From: Octopus sinensis
Taxonomy: Eukaryota
DNA: 64,000 nt
Reading direction: 5' to 3'
Assembly: GCF_006345805.1 (NCBI RefSeq)
Contig: NC_043000.1
Location: forward strand, 72,726,001 to 72,790,000
Under the pieces are notes generated by a model. It had not been told where the DNA came from, ran no database searches, and saw nothing but the letters and a program-made list of their open reading frames with translations. Made by a program: the position numbers and the translations under genes. Below, in pieces: positions 12,890 through 25,860 of the stretch. How positions within the stretch are numbered: the stretch's first letter is position 1; each line of letters starts with the position of its first letter.

Positions 12890-13720
12890 ATGTTTTTTTT
12901 ATATTGGATACTAGAGTGGATTATGGAGCCTACTATCGAACCTGATTTTGTTTGTGTGTTGCATTTTACTGTGCCCCTTTTTGATATGTGTGTGTCTCAG
13001 TCTCAGTACTTGGATCATCTGCTTATTTGTTGTGGATACTTTTGTCCATGCCACCCTTACTCCTGCCCACCAAGTTGATTGCACCTTAGCCCACTCTCCT
13101 CCACACCTGTCTCCCAACTGGATTCCTTTTCTCCTCTTTTTCCATCCCTCTACCCTACCCCTTTGTTGGAAAATCCTATGGATCATCCAACTTCTATCTA
13201 GTTCCATGACCTCTTTGTTTTCTCCAACCCACCTTTTTCCTCCAGATGTACCTAAAAACCTATATGACCTATGGTCTGTGGTTCCTCCCTTTCCCTACCC
13301 CCACTTGTCCTGGATCCTTCCCTTTTTCCAAATCCCAGTGCCACACTTATCCATTCATCATCAACACTACCTCCCACTCTGGAACCAACCAACACACTAT
13401 TCACATGCATAACTCTTTCTCCTGTATCTCTTCTAACGTCATCTATTGTCTTAAAGCTACCTTTTGCAACTCATTATATGTTGGACATTCTGGCCACCAT
13501 CTAGGTGACAAATTTACAGAACATTTACAAGATATCTACCTCTAAAAATATACCCTTGTCTCCAATCGCTTCTGTTCAGCCAACCACTCCACCAAACACC
13601 TCATTTGTCTTTGACCTGGACTTAGACCATGGAACTACCACCACTAAACTTTGCCAGGTACAACAGTACATTTTCACATTACAAACTCACACATTGTTTG
13701 AACATAATCCCACCGACCCT
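12890..13720 (+). mobile_element. Decayed Penelope-like element, GIY-YIG end
   Basis: ORF 13246..13545 contains HNSFSCISSNVIYCL...CNSLYVGHSGHHLGDKFTEHLQDI (VIY..YVG..R/K..EH pattern). Confidence 0.7.
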
Positions 13721-13929
13721 TGTTCATGTAACTGCTTCCAACTTTCTTTTCCCTTTCTTTTTTCCTCAGCTGTTTCCCTTCCTTTTCTCTCTCCATTTAT
13801 CTTCCACACCCACCCACATACATAGCTTTTATACTGCATACACACATAGAAAACTCCTCACACACACCCATACACAAACACTTATACACGAACACATACA
13901 TGCACACACACACACCCGTACACATGCAC

Positions 13930-14300
13930 TCACATACACTCAGAGTTGGCGTAGGATACCTTCATGGTGTGCTGATTAAAAATAGCATGATGCCAATTAG
14001 ATTTAGGAAAACACTTCTTCAAAGCAGCAAAAAATTTTCCAGCAATTTTGGTTGAAACATGCGAACCAAAAATCAGGTTGAACCAGAGGACAACCTTCCC
14101 TATTCTTCTTCTGGTTCCTATATTGGTCGTTAGGCTTATTTGATCAAGTGTGTTGTACAGTATTGGAACAAGCAGTTGGATTATTATGTCACATGTGTCT
14201 ATGAGTTTTCGTCGATAGTTCATTGATATGGCCAATTCTTCCTGGCCTGTATTCTTTATTTGAGTGAGTTCTCAAACAGTGACTTGTGGTGGTATACAAT
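13930..14300 (-). mobile_element. Penelope-like RT-endonuclease linker fragment
   Basis: ORF 13930..14235 has VVLWFN...HVSTKIAGKFF....KCFPK...HAIFNQHTMKVSY, like the PLE motif IWFNPP..NV.T.IGK.F...FP..HKIFN..T.KVSYS. Confidence 0.7.
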
Positions 14301-14740
14301 GTGTATCACAATTGGCAGGATTACCAGTGTTATGTATGCCAGCTTCTTGTATATCTTAAAATTTGTAGCTTGATATATTTATATTAAAATCTGAACAATA
14401 TAGTTACAATACTTATGTAAATATATACATATATTTTGATATAATTTTTATTGATTCTAAGTGTATTTTTATGCAAGAGCATGTTACCTTCATAATAGAC
14501 ATAAAACAAATATATGTATTTGTTTTCGTTATTCTACATACTTAAGTAAAATTTAAATTAAATAAAATTAGATAAAATTAAGTATTTCATCAATACATTT
14601 TAGTTATATCAATGAGCCACTATTATTCTTATGTATTTATAAAAAAGTAATGTAAGAGAATATATAATCCATTATATTCCATTTTCATATTCAATGTAGA
14701 GGAGATAACATTTAATATCTGTATTCTTATAGACTAATGT

Positions 14741-15050
14741 GGAGGCACATGGTTTAGTGGCTAGAGCAGCGGACTAGCAGTCGAGGGATCACGGGTTTGA
14801 ATCTCAGACCAGGTGATGTGTGTGTTTACAAGCGAAACACCTAAGCTCCATGTGGCTGTGGCAGAAGGTAATGGTGAAGTTCTGTTGACTCTTTTGCCAC
14901 AACTTTCTCTCACTCTTTCCTCCTGCATCTAGCATCTCACCTGCCATGGACTGGCGTCCTGTCCAGGTGGGGAACCTATATGCCAATGAAACCTGAAAAC
15001 CAGCCCTTATGAACCAGGCATGGCTTGAGAAAGAACAAACAACAACAACA
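14741..15050 (+). mobile_element. tRNA-derived SINE
   Basis: TGGTTTAGTGG A box, GGTTTGAATC B box, (CAA)n tail. Confidence 0.75.
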
Positions 15051-15784
15051 TCCTTATAGAATATTTTATTTCATAGTTCTCAATATGACTCGTAAATATC
15101 TATAAAAATCTAAGTAAAGTTACTAGTTTAATCAATATATACATATGTTTATTCATACAAACATATACACTCCCACATACATATAAGTATATTATTATTA
15201 TACTTATATTTCAATATACATATTTTTTTTTCATTATATGTATCCACATATAATATATATTTTTATATTATACACACACACACACACACACACACATACA
15301 TGCTCATACCTACATATTTGTTCACATATATTTTGCTCATGTACACATGTACTTACTGATCAGCAGTAGTTTCTTAGTATATAAACATACTGGTATATGG
15401 AGTTAGGTATTCTGTCTGTCTCAATAATATGTATGCTTTATATTACTACATTAAGCATGTGTACACCTATCCATAACAAATATACATACACATATATACA
15501 TCTATCTTACATAATATGGTTTATAATTCTATTATGCAATACAACATAAGAAATAGATGTATAACATCAACATAATGTAAATTAATATACTACATATCCA
15601 AAAATTATAATCAAAATAGAGAAGATTACTTTATTCAATTTAAACTATTTTGATACTAAAATATTGGTTATTTCCTCATTCCATCCTTTTACCTCTCTAT
15701 ATATAATTGGGTATATTAAATAACCCCTGTAAAATACAATTCATATATTTATAATATACTAAAACATATATATATATATGTATA

Positions 15785-16158
15785 GGTGCAGGAGTGAGTG
15801 TGTGGTAAGTATCTTGCTTACTAACCAAATGGTTCCAGGTTCAGTCCCACTGCATAGTGCATCTACTACTATAGCCTCACATTGAGGAAAGCCTTGTGAG
15901 TGGATTTGGTAAATGGAAACTTAAAGAAACCTCTCGTGTGTGTGTATGTTTGTGTGTCTGTGTATGTCCCACACCCAACACCGCTTGATAACCGATGCTG
16001 GTGTGCTTACGTTCTCAACATAGCAGTTCAGAAAAAGAGGCCAATAGAATAAGTACTAGGCTTACAAAGAATAAGTCTTGGGGGCGATTTGCTCGACGAA
16101 AGGCAGTGCTCCAGCATGGGTAGAGTAAAATGACTGAACTAACTAAAAGAATAAAGGA
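15785..16158 (+). mobile_element. tRNA-derived SINE (family also at 26745-27110, 39107-39270, 44030-44220, 61710-61845)
   Basis: Shared ggttcagtcccactgc B-box region, aaagccttgtgagtggattt core, internal (TG)n and ccagcatgg..tgactgaa..aaaagaataaa tail. Confidence 0.75.
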
Positions 16159-16879
16159 ATATATATAATATTATATATTCTATGTAAAAATACATTTTTT
16201 ACTTATTGAAAGTATCTGTATTCCTACTTATTCGCTTACAGAAAAAAATTTTATACAAATATGAAAAATTACATATATATAAAAAAGATATACATATATA
16301 AACACAGCAATATGTTCACATCCAGACACACATATACACCTGAATCCATATATATTCATATGTTTATCTGGCTGTATACATATTATATATAAGCATTTCA
16401 TACATAAACATACACTTTCTCATATCCAGGATGTTCTTATAAATGCACATAGTTATAATCAATTTTGATCGGTTAAAATTCTATTACATTTTTCTGGTTA
16501 TTTGGCTGTTATATTATTATTTACTTAATATTCTTCTATTATAATGCCTAATTTCAGCTATTATTTTAATATATTCAGTCCAATGTATAGTTATAAACTA
16601 TGGTTATAATTTAATGTAGAAATGAAAATTCGGAATAATAATAATGATAATAATAATAATAATAATAATAATAGATATGTTAAACAAGATAATTCTAAAA
16701 TTAGAATTAAACAATCGATGGAGAGAATAATATTGCAAATAAAAATAGGAATAATGATAATAATATAGGTGATCGGAAACTGAAAAATAACATTTGGATA
16801 AACAATAATTATTATAACCTTGTAATAAAGAATAAGAATAGCAAGAATAAGATATGTAAAAAGAGAAATATAATTGAGG

Positions 16880-17570
16880 AGAGCACAAGTAATAAAAAAA
16901 TAGTTAGGAAGAAACTCATACCTTGTATGAATAAAAACTATATTGGACAAAAAGGAATATAGGAATAAGGAAGACTCAGACAAAACGATATGGATCATAA
17001 TTCCTTTTGCTAAACAATTGAAGACCAATTTTATTAAATCTATTAGGTAGATTATAAATAAAAACTTTAAAAACACTAGATATGGGAAAATATTTAATGG
17101 CCACTGTTTCTCCAAACCTATTTAGGATAATATTATCGATAAATAACAGAATACTGTATAAATTCTATGAAAAAAAAAAAATAGAAATGGATAGTAAAAC
17201 TTATAACAAAAAGATAGAAGAAAATAGTAAGAATAATATGGTTGGCTATAAAAACACCTATACAGATGTAAGAAAATATGAATCATGAATCTATAAAAGA
17301 GGATATTACAAATTCCTTGCAAAATAAAAACTGTAATTGTAGAGACCCTAAAAGATGTAAGTTTGACATGCATTGCATAAGAAAAAGCGTTGTATACCAG
17401 GTGACAATAATTATACAAGACATGAGTAAATTTTCTATATTGGGTCAGCATAGGACTGGGTTAAATTCAGAATAGCGAATCATGAATCAACATTTAGGGA
17501 CCAAAATAAAATGAATAGTACAGGATTATCAAGAAAATATGGCAACTTTCGGTTTTCGTAGGGTAGAGAC
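16880..17570 (+). mobile_element. Decayed Penelope-like 3' fragment (GIY-YIG)
   Basis: NCNCRDPKRCKFDMHCIRKSVVYQVTI followed by frameshifted YIG...R..NH..TF...ST.LS..IWQL. Confidence 0.7.
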
Positions 17571-17914
17571 GTGTTGCTTTGCTCTGTGATAAAAAAACAA
17601 AAAGGTTTGCATAAATCGACAAAATAATCGGCGAAAACTGATTAAAAACATAGAACCGTAATATATTTCGCTTCAAGCCAAATATAATGCACTAAAGTTA
17701 ATTACGCACGCCAGATTTCCCGTTGAAAAAGCACGTGGTGACATCTCTTAAGTTTATTCCCAATCGACTGTAGCAAGCAAAAAGAACCGTTTTTCTTTTC
17801 TTTTTTTAAAAAAAACCTCTTCGTATAGGGAGAAGACTTTGGAACTTCGGCCTCTTATAAGATAAGTACCCCTTTTCATTTGTTTAATTTCCCGTAAATT
17901 AGTGTAAGGACCTA

Positions 17915-19130
17915 TTCTCTGTTTACATTCTGTTAATAATCTTCTTTCAATTTCTGTTTCAGCTCCGTTTCTGTCAATTTCTCAATACATCTCTCTAAAA
18001 TTATTCAACTTTAGATAGGCATATATTTATTTGTTGCTTTATTTATATATATATATTTACTCAGCCCCTCAATCTCCCTAAATATATAGACGGGAACATT
18101 AGAAGTATAGTCGCAATTAGTTTAGTTCAGAAGAAAACGTTTGTAGCTACGGACAGGTATATATTTATAATTTACATTCTGTTAAGAATCTTTCAATTTC
18201 TGTTTCAGCTTCGTTTTTTGTCATTTTCTCACTATATCCCTTTATAACTATTCAACTTTAGATAGGTGTATATTTAATTGTTGCTTTATTTATATATATA
18301 TAGATTTTTTCTTTATTTTTACTCAGCCTCTCAATCTTCCTAGATAAATAAATATATAGACGCGAACACTAGAAGTATAGTCGTAATTAGTTCAGAAGAA
18401 AACTCTCGTTGAACCTTCGTAGTTGCAGATAGATATATATTTATTTGTTGCACAACCTCCTCTCTTTCATTTCTTTCTCTCTCTGTCTCTTCACTTCTCT
18501 TGTAGTCGCAAATAAATAGATATTTATAATTAGCTCAGAAGAAAACTTCGTAGTGGCAGATAGATAGATATTTATTTATTGCATAACCTCCTCTCTTTCT
18601 TTTCTTTCTCTCTCTGTCTCTTCACTTCTCTCTATCACACCATCTTTCTTCTCTCAGCTGCTCAATATTCCTAAATCTATAGACTCTCACTTTCTTCTTA
18701 TCTTCTCTCAGCCGCTCAATCTTTTGCATCACTTCCTCTCTTTCATCTCTTTCTCTATCACACCATCTTTCTTCTCTCAGCCTCTCAATCTTCCTAAATA
18801 TATAGACTCTCTCTCACTTTCTTCTTATCTTCTCTCAGCCGCTCAATCTTTTGCATTTCCTTCTCTCTCTGTCTCTTCACTTCTCTCCCTCACACCTCTT
18901 TCTCTGTCTCTTCACTTCTTCACTTCTCTCTGTCACACCATCTTTCCTCTCTCAGCCTCTCAATCTTTCTAAATATACAGATGCAAACTTTCTCCTCTCA
19001 CTCTCTCTGACTCTCTTCTTATCTTCTCTCAGCTCTCAATCTCTCTAAATACATAGACATTTTCTTTCTCTATTTCTTCTCTACCCTCTATCACACTATT
19101 AAATTTAAAATATAATTAGATAGATAAATA
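17915..19130. repeat. Imperfect direct repeats and CT-rich low-complexity array
   Basis: The ~250-bp block tttacattctgttaa... occurs twice (17922, 18171). Repeated ctcagcctctcaatcttcctaaatatataga and ctctgtctcttcacttct modules follow. Confidence 0.7.
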
Positions 19131-19272
19131 AATAAAATATCCAAAAATGTCCAGAACCTGGAGGAGCATAGAATTGGCGTTGTTCCTGAGAGCCTGGTGA
19201 TGCACCGACGGATGCACCTGGCGATGCACCAACATAATTACAGCTGCGCTGAAGAACAGTGGATACACAAGG

Positions 19273-19977
19273 ATGTTAGCACAGATAGAGCGAAAGAAGC
19301 AGGAGTTTATACGCTCCTATGCACTCATAAGATCCCACATCGGCACGCTTGATGCCATCTTTGACAACGAACAAAGTAAAAATGGCAAGGATGGAGGCAC
19401 GGGTGCTAATGAAACATGTCACCCCCACTTGGTAGACACCCAGGACAACAAAGAAGATTCAAGTGAGAAACCTGCCCAGGAAGTAAACCCAAGTGCAAGT
19501 GCCCCTACCAGCACCCAAAGCCAAAACCATGGAGATGAAAGAGCCAAAAAGGAAGTAAAAGGAGGAAAAACTAAAAGAAAAACAAAAGATGTAACAGCCA
19601 AAGAAGGAAAAACTAAAACTCAAACAAAACCAAAAGATGAAACAGCCAAGGATAGAAGCAAACCTGACTATCCATATACCAAAAAGAATAGAAAAAGACA
19701 GCACACACGAATGTGTAAATTCTACCTGAAAGGTGTGTGCTGGCATGGAGAGGAAGGTGCAGGCTGCCGTTTTGCACATCAAAGACCCTGCCACATAAAC
19801 ATGAAACAGGGCAGAAACCAACTACCAAAAGGAAAAGGAATGGACCACACACCACCTGCCCCAAAACGGAGGTACACAGATGCGGTGCGTGCTACAAACT
19901 GCCAACATGTTATTGAAAGGACAGCTGCTGAACAAGAATCTTTTTGTACATGGTACAAAAGATTGTACAGCAGCTAG
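19273..19977 (+). CDS. LINE ORF1 protein with CCCH zinc finger
   Basis: 234-aa Lys-rich ORF directly upstream of ORF2, containing CKFYLKGVCWHGEEGAGCRFAH. Confidence 0.75.
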   Translation: MLAQIERKKQEFIRSYALIRSHIGTLDAIFDNEQSKNGKDGGTGANETCHPHLVDTQDNKEDSSEKPAQEVNPSASAPTSTQSQNHGDERAKKEVKGGKTKRKTKDVTAKEGKTKTQTKPKDETAKDRSKPDYPYTKKNRKRQHTRMCKFYLKGVCWHGEEGAGCRFAHQRPCHINMKQGRNQLPKGKGMDHTPPAPKRRYTDAVRATNCQHVIERTAAEQESFCTWYKRLYSS

Positions 19978-20053
19978 CCTGGCTCCATGAAACTCAATCT
20001 CGCTGATGTGACTATCCACAATACACAAGACCATCACAGCAAATAGACCCAAG

Positions 20054-22882
20054 GTGGACACCACCGGTAACAGCATACACATCACCGCGATGCTCCTACT
20101 GAACATCAGAGGACTGCTAACACTCAGTAACAGGACAAAAATCCCATTCTTGAGAGACTTTGTTGCATGCAATCAAGCCTTATGCATAGCACTTACGGAA
20201 ACACTCCTGAAACCGGACATAGCAGATGTGGAAATACACATACCACAGTATGTTGTACTACGGACCGACAGAAAAGAAATGAGTCATGGAGGAGTTGCTA
20301 TGTACATCCACGAGGACCTCACACCCCAGGTCCTTTTGTCATACTCAAATTCGGTGTGTGACATACTAATTGTACATATAAGGCAACTTGGTGTAGTTAT
20401 ATGTGCTACATATCGCCCTCCAGGTGCCCCAAGCCATGTAGGCAAGTTTGAAGACTGCCTTATAAAAATAGAAGTTCTAGTCACATTACAACAACACATA
20501 AGTGTACTTATGGGAGACTTCAATCTACCCAATGTCAAATGGCCCGAGGGCCTTTCTCTCCCAGGAATGACATGATGTGAACGAGGACAGGCGAGGTCCC
20601 TCCTGAACCTCATCAACATGCTGTACATGGAGCAAGTAATACTCCAACCAACCAGGGCAGGTAACATACTGGATCTCTGCTTCACAAATAATATGGATCT
20701 CATCCATAATGTGAAAGTGACACCGACACTACTCTTGGATCACAACATGGTAGAGCTGACCATGTATGGGCCATGGGAAAGCATGGACAAGCAGTCTACA
20801 AGAAACTCTCAGAATCTTTTCAGCTTGAACTTCCATAAGGCAAACTGGAAACAAATTGAGAAAGAGATCCTCAAACAAAACTGGCCTGAATGTCTCTCCT
20901 CGCCAGACATCGACATGAAACTTCAACAATTCATGTCTGTAATGCAAGCCATTTGCTACAAATGTGTCCCAGAGAGAAAGGACACTGTACGCAAGAACAA
21001 AATCCCCAGAGAGAGGAAAATTCTAATGAGAAAATTTCTAATGAAAATAAAACTGTTAGAAATTGAAAAATGTCTGCAACTCTCCCATGAAAAAGAAAGA
21101 GCAGACAAAGAAGCCTGGGCTATAGACAACATAAAATCTAACCCCAGAGCTTTCTACAGGTATGCCAAAGAAACAGCTACGGTGCACTGTAGGATAGGGC
21201 CACTCCTTGAAAAGGATGGCACACTCACAGGAAATCCAATGAGGATAAGTGAAATACTAAATGAGCAATTCAAGAGTATTATCACTCCACCCCTAGGGCA
21301 TTTTCAAGTCAACAATCCAACTGACTTCTTTACCACTGCAGATGTAAAATCAGAGGTAGCGATGATTGATTACATCAATATAAAGGAAGACGATGTAATA
21401 AAGGCTATAGATGAAATGAAAACAAACTCAGCTACTGGCCCCGATGGATTCCCAGCAATCCTTGTAATAGTATGTAAGAGAGTCCTAGCAAGACCACTGC
21501 AGTTCCTCTTTCAGAGCTTCCTTGCAACTGGCAAACTTCCAAGAAAACTGAAAGAAGGTAAAATATGCCCTATTCATAAAGGAGGTAGCAGAGCGGAGGC
21601 CAAGAACTACAGACCTATCTCTCTCACCTCACACATCAGCAAGGTCATGGAACGAATAGTCGGAAGGAAACTAATCACCTTCCTTGAAGAAAATGACTTG
21701 CTGCATCTCGACTTTGCAAAGGCCTTTGATAAAGTCGATCATGGAATGATATGTCACAAACTGCGTGATCTTGGCATAGTTGGAAAATTGGGAGAATGGC
21801 TTGATGACTTTCTGAAGGATAGAAGCCAGGTGGTAGTAGCCAATGGGGCCACTTCTATTAACACGCAAATAGTGAGCGGTGTTCCACAAGGCACTGTTTT
21901 GGGACCACTACTGTTCATAATGGCCCTCTCAGACATGCCCTCAGCCACGCCGAGAGCCACAATCACCAGTTATGCAGATGATACAAAAGTTTCACAGGCA
22001 ATACAGAACCCTGAAGACACTAAGCACCTGCAATGTGAGCTGGACAAAATATCCAAGTGGGCTGAAAAGAATTTCATGCAGTTCAATGCTGAAAAGTTTC
22101 AAGCTTTATGCTATCAGCATGCAAAACTAAATGCAATACCCAATAAATACACTGGACCTGGAGGGATTGCAATCCCAGAGGCACAATTAGTACTTGACCT
22201 GGGTATTTACATGAGTGATGATGCAACCTTTCATGTGCATGTTGCTAAATTGGCAATGAAATGTAGGCGGCTGACCGGATGGATTCTTAGAACCTTTAGA
22301 ACAAGAGACCAGGAAACTATGATGGTCCTCTGGAGGACACTTGTCCTAAGCCACTTTGACTATTGCTCTCAGCTATGGTCACCATCCAGTGTCAAGTTAA
22401 TCACAGAACTTGAGGCGATCCAACGAAGCTACATGAAGAAGATAGCCTCTGTGCAGCATATAAGCTACTGGGAAAGACTCAAGAGATTAAGACTCTATTC
22501 CCTGGAGCGTAGGCGAGAAAGATATGCCATAATATACATCTGGAAGATCCTAGAAGGACTTGTCCTAAACTTTGGCATCGAGAGTTACACAAATGCTAGA
22601 ACTGGGCGCCACTGCATAGTGCCGAGGACTCCAAATTTGCCATCAAGATGTAGGACAAGATTCTGTGATAGCCTGGGCTTCAGAGGCCCACAGCTCTTCA
22701 ATATCCTCCCGAAGAACCTGAGAGACTTGCATGGGGTGAATGCCGATGTCTTTAAAATAAAACTGGATCTCTTCCTGTCAGGTGTCCCAGATGAACCAAC
22801 TTCATGGCAGGAGGTGCAGATGAGGGTAGCTGCATCGAACTCTCTCATGCACCAAATGGCAATTGCTAAAAAGCATTCGTGA
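20054..22882 (+). pseudogene. LINE ORF2 (APE endonuclease + reverse transcriptase), disabled
   Basis: LLNIRGL, LTET, YRPP, MGDFN, LDL, DH (APE); NYRPISLTS, DFAKAFD, GVPQGTVLGPLLF, YADD (RT). ORFs 20054..20575 and 20618..22882 are in the same frame, split by one TGA, and there is an RT deletion near 21700. Confidence 0.93.
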
Positions 22883-23823
22883 AGTAAAATCATGTAACAA
22901 CACCAAATGGCGGTACCCCAGCATGGCCACAGCTCATGAGCTGAAACTAGATAAAATAAAAAAATAAAAAAATTGAAAAGGAATAAAGTTAACTAAATGG
23001 AAAATTTTTTGCACATGCATCTAGTTACAAAATTAATAATAAATTCTGCAGATGCTTAGAAGAAAATTATAAAATAATGAAAAGAAAAGGAAACCTTATT
23101 AATTTGGGAAATGAATAAGTTTTTCATGTAAACATATAAATAAGTATCTATAATGGGAGGCAAGGTTTATGATATTGGGTGAATATTGACTTCTCCCATT
23201 AAGTATTGTTCTTCGTGTAGTTCAGGCTCCAGCAGCTGAGGAAAAAAGTACAAATGCAATTCACAATCGGTTTATTTACATTTTTCACAGAATATGTGAA
23301 GTGTGTTGCTCTCAGCATACCATCTTAGGCTGTGTGCATTTTGTTGTAGCTCCGTTAACGTGGGCCCATTGCCTCTAGAGATACAACATGCAGAAAGGAC
23401 TGGCTTGGAGACCCAGCCAGTGAAGTGTGTTCAGCAAGCGCTTGTGGTGAAAAGAGAATGAATCTGTTTTTGTTGGGCCCTTTATATCCAGTTTGCCAAT
23501 GTGAGCCTCATTGTGATCTTGTGCATGGCAAATGGATGCCGGTGAGGTCTTGCTCCAGTCTCAGAGATGGCAATGGCTGCCACGAGATCTCCAATATGGC
23601 ACTGACCGCTTGTGCTGCTACGTATTTATTTATTAAATTTAAGTGATGTATTAATGGGAGTCGATATCATTTAAAAATTATGACTATTTAAAAAAAAATT
23701 GTAACCATAATTTATAACTATAAATAGGACTGAATGTGTTAAAATAATAGCTGAAATTAGGCATTATATTAGAAGAGTATTAAGTAATTATCATGCATTG
23801 TTACAAAGAATGACAAAATATAA

Positions 23824-23958
<135 letters not shown>

Positions 23959-24156
23959 TAAATCTTTTTTGCAATTGTTTATGATATAATTATTTCTGCT
24001 TCTGTTGGTGATATTTATTATTTTTAATAATGTATTTCTAACAATGTTTGTACTGTACTATATGTAATTATAACACAGAGTTGATTACGTAAATGTAACT
24101 TTTAGGATAAAATGATTTTATAAAATCTAAAAATAGTTTATTTTTACCTTAAATTA

Positions 24157-24240
24157 TATACCGCATTTGACGGCATATAGGACGCACTTTTTTCCAAAAA
24201 ATTTGGCTCAAAAAATTGCCCTGCATCTAATATGCGAAGT
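24157..24240. mobile_element. Possible pogo/Tigger-like terminal fragment
   Basis: TA-taccgcatttgacggcatataggacgcac resembles pogo-type TIR ends. The partner TIR was not found. Confidence 0.35.
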
Positions 24241-24729
24241 CAAGACCCTCCCGTAGGCTAATCTTCTCCCAGACGCTCACTAACCTAGCTTCCTAACAGC
24301 AATCATTTTAGAGAGTATACTGAATGCATTATGTTGTAGCATTGGCATTACAGAGGTTGTCATGTCCTTCACAAGACTAGACAAAGAGTTTTATCATTCC
24401 TATGTTGTCTCCTTTCATTCAACAGCTATATTGGAATGTTTTGTGTATCTTTTATTGTGGCACCAGCATTAATGAAGTAGCCTTCTACCCTGCAGAATGA
24501 CATGCTCCTCTGTTCAGAGTTATGTGACCAATAAAGTTGTTAGAAGAGAGAGAGAGAGAGTGATTACAGAAGATTAACTTGGATGAGAAAGAAAAAGAAG
24601 TGCGAGTATGAAGAAGAAATATTGTGATTTGAGTGACAGTATAGAAGAAAATGGTAAAATAGGAGTGACAATGCTTGAAGGAATAATGAAAAGAAGCAAT
24701 AATAGGAGGATGTAATGAAAGAGACAGTG

Positions 24730-24775
<46 letters not shown>

Positions 24776-25303
24776 AGAGAAAAACCACTATTAAACAATT
24801 CAATAAAGAAAGATGTTATTCACACCATATAGAAAACATGTACTATAAAACAACCTTATTTAAATCAATAAAGTACAATAAATAGTAACAGTAGTAAAAA
24901 GACTAGGCACATTTCATGGCTATATTTTTAAATAGATAATAATAAAATCAATTCGATTCAAAATTAAATCGAACTAAAATTAATTCTATTTAAAAATATA
25001 GTGACTCTCATCAGGTCTAAGATAAAAAATAAAAAATAATAATAGAATAAATGTACTTATCTTAATTTATACTAATTATCAAATAAAAATATAAACTTAC
25101 CTTGTCGAAGGATTTTTGTTAACTACCAATTTAAACATAAAACGTTGAACTTAGCGTTTATAAGAAATATATCGCGTGAAAATATGGCGTAAATAGAATT
25201 TATAGAAGAAATAGATAGAAATATTTATTTAAGCTATTAAAATTAAAATTACAAATGTATTTTAGCTGTAAGAATAAGGAAGAAAATTAACTTTAATATA
25301 CTA

Positions 25304-25860
25304 TTAACTTGTACATCTTATGGAGTTTCTACCAATGTTTCTACCTACGCTTTTTCTACAGATCAAGCAGGGCCATCTACTTAAAGGGATTTGTGATTTG
25401 ACTGCCTTCCTAATTACTAAGACTTTGGTTTTTGCTAGGTTAACTCTAAGGCTTTTCGATTCTAGACCTTGCTTCCATACCTGAAATTTCTTATCTAGTT
25501 CTGGTTGTGATTCAGCTATAAGAACAAGGTCATCAGCATCGAGGAACTCCCAGAGACAGCCTGTCTTATATTTTTCTGTTATTGCCTGGAGGACTATGAT
25601 GAACAAGAGGGGGCTGAGCACTGATCTTTAGTGAACCCTTACTTGTACCTTGAAACCTTCATTGTACTTGTTACCAACTCTCACCTTACTGGCTTGTACT
25701 ACTCTCACCAACCACTCATCTATCCCTAGTTTCCATATTGACCACCAGATAAGGGATCGGTGGACCCTGTCAAAGGCTTTCTGCAAATCAACAAAAGCCA
25801 ACTACAAAGGTTTACCATTGGCTATGTATTTCTCCTGCAGCTGCCTTACCAGTCATTGGG
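25304..25860 (-). mobile_element. RTE-clade LINE RT fragment
   Basis: LSPLLFIIVLQAIT...LDADDLVLIA...LRVNLAKTKVL...WPCLICRKSVGRN. Same family as 46450-47610. Confidence 0.85.

Larger units (their letters stand above)
19140..22972 (+). mobile_element. Nearly full-length CR1-group (CR1/L2/Crack/Daphne-like) LINE
   Basis: ORF1 + ORF2 (APE then RT), short 3' UTR with a stem-loop (cagctcatgagctg) and an A-rich tail. The 5' boundary is approximate. Confidence 0.92.

Noticed and set aside
14741-14812. tRNA gene candidates at SINE heads (also 920-990, 42803-42890)
   Set aside because: A and B boxes are present, but there is no intact cloverleaf and each continues into a SINE body and tail.
16591-17115. 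174-aa hydrophobic ORF resembling a membrane protein
   Set aside because: Antisense reading of A-rich and (AAT)n Penelope-associated sequence.
23168-23670. Possible solo LTR or MITE with short inverted ends (ctcccattaa / ttaatgggag)
   Set aside because: No clear TSD, no second copy and no coding evidence in the window, so it cannot be supported.
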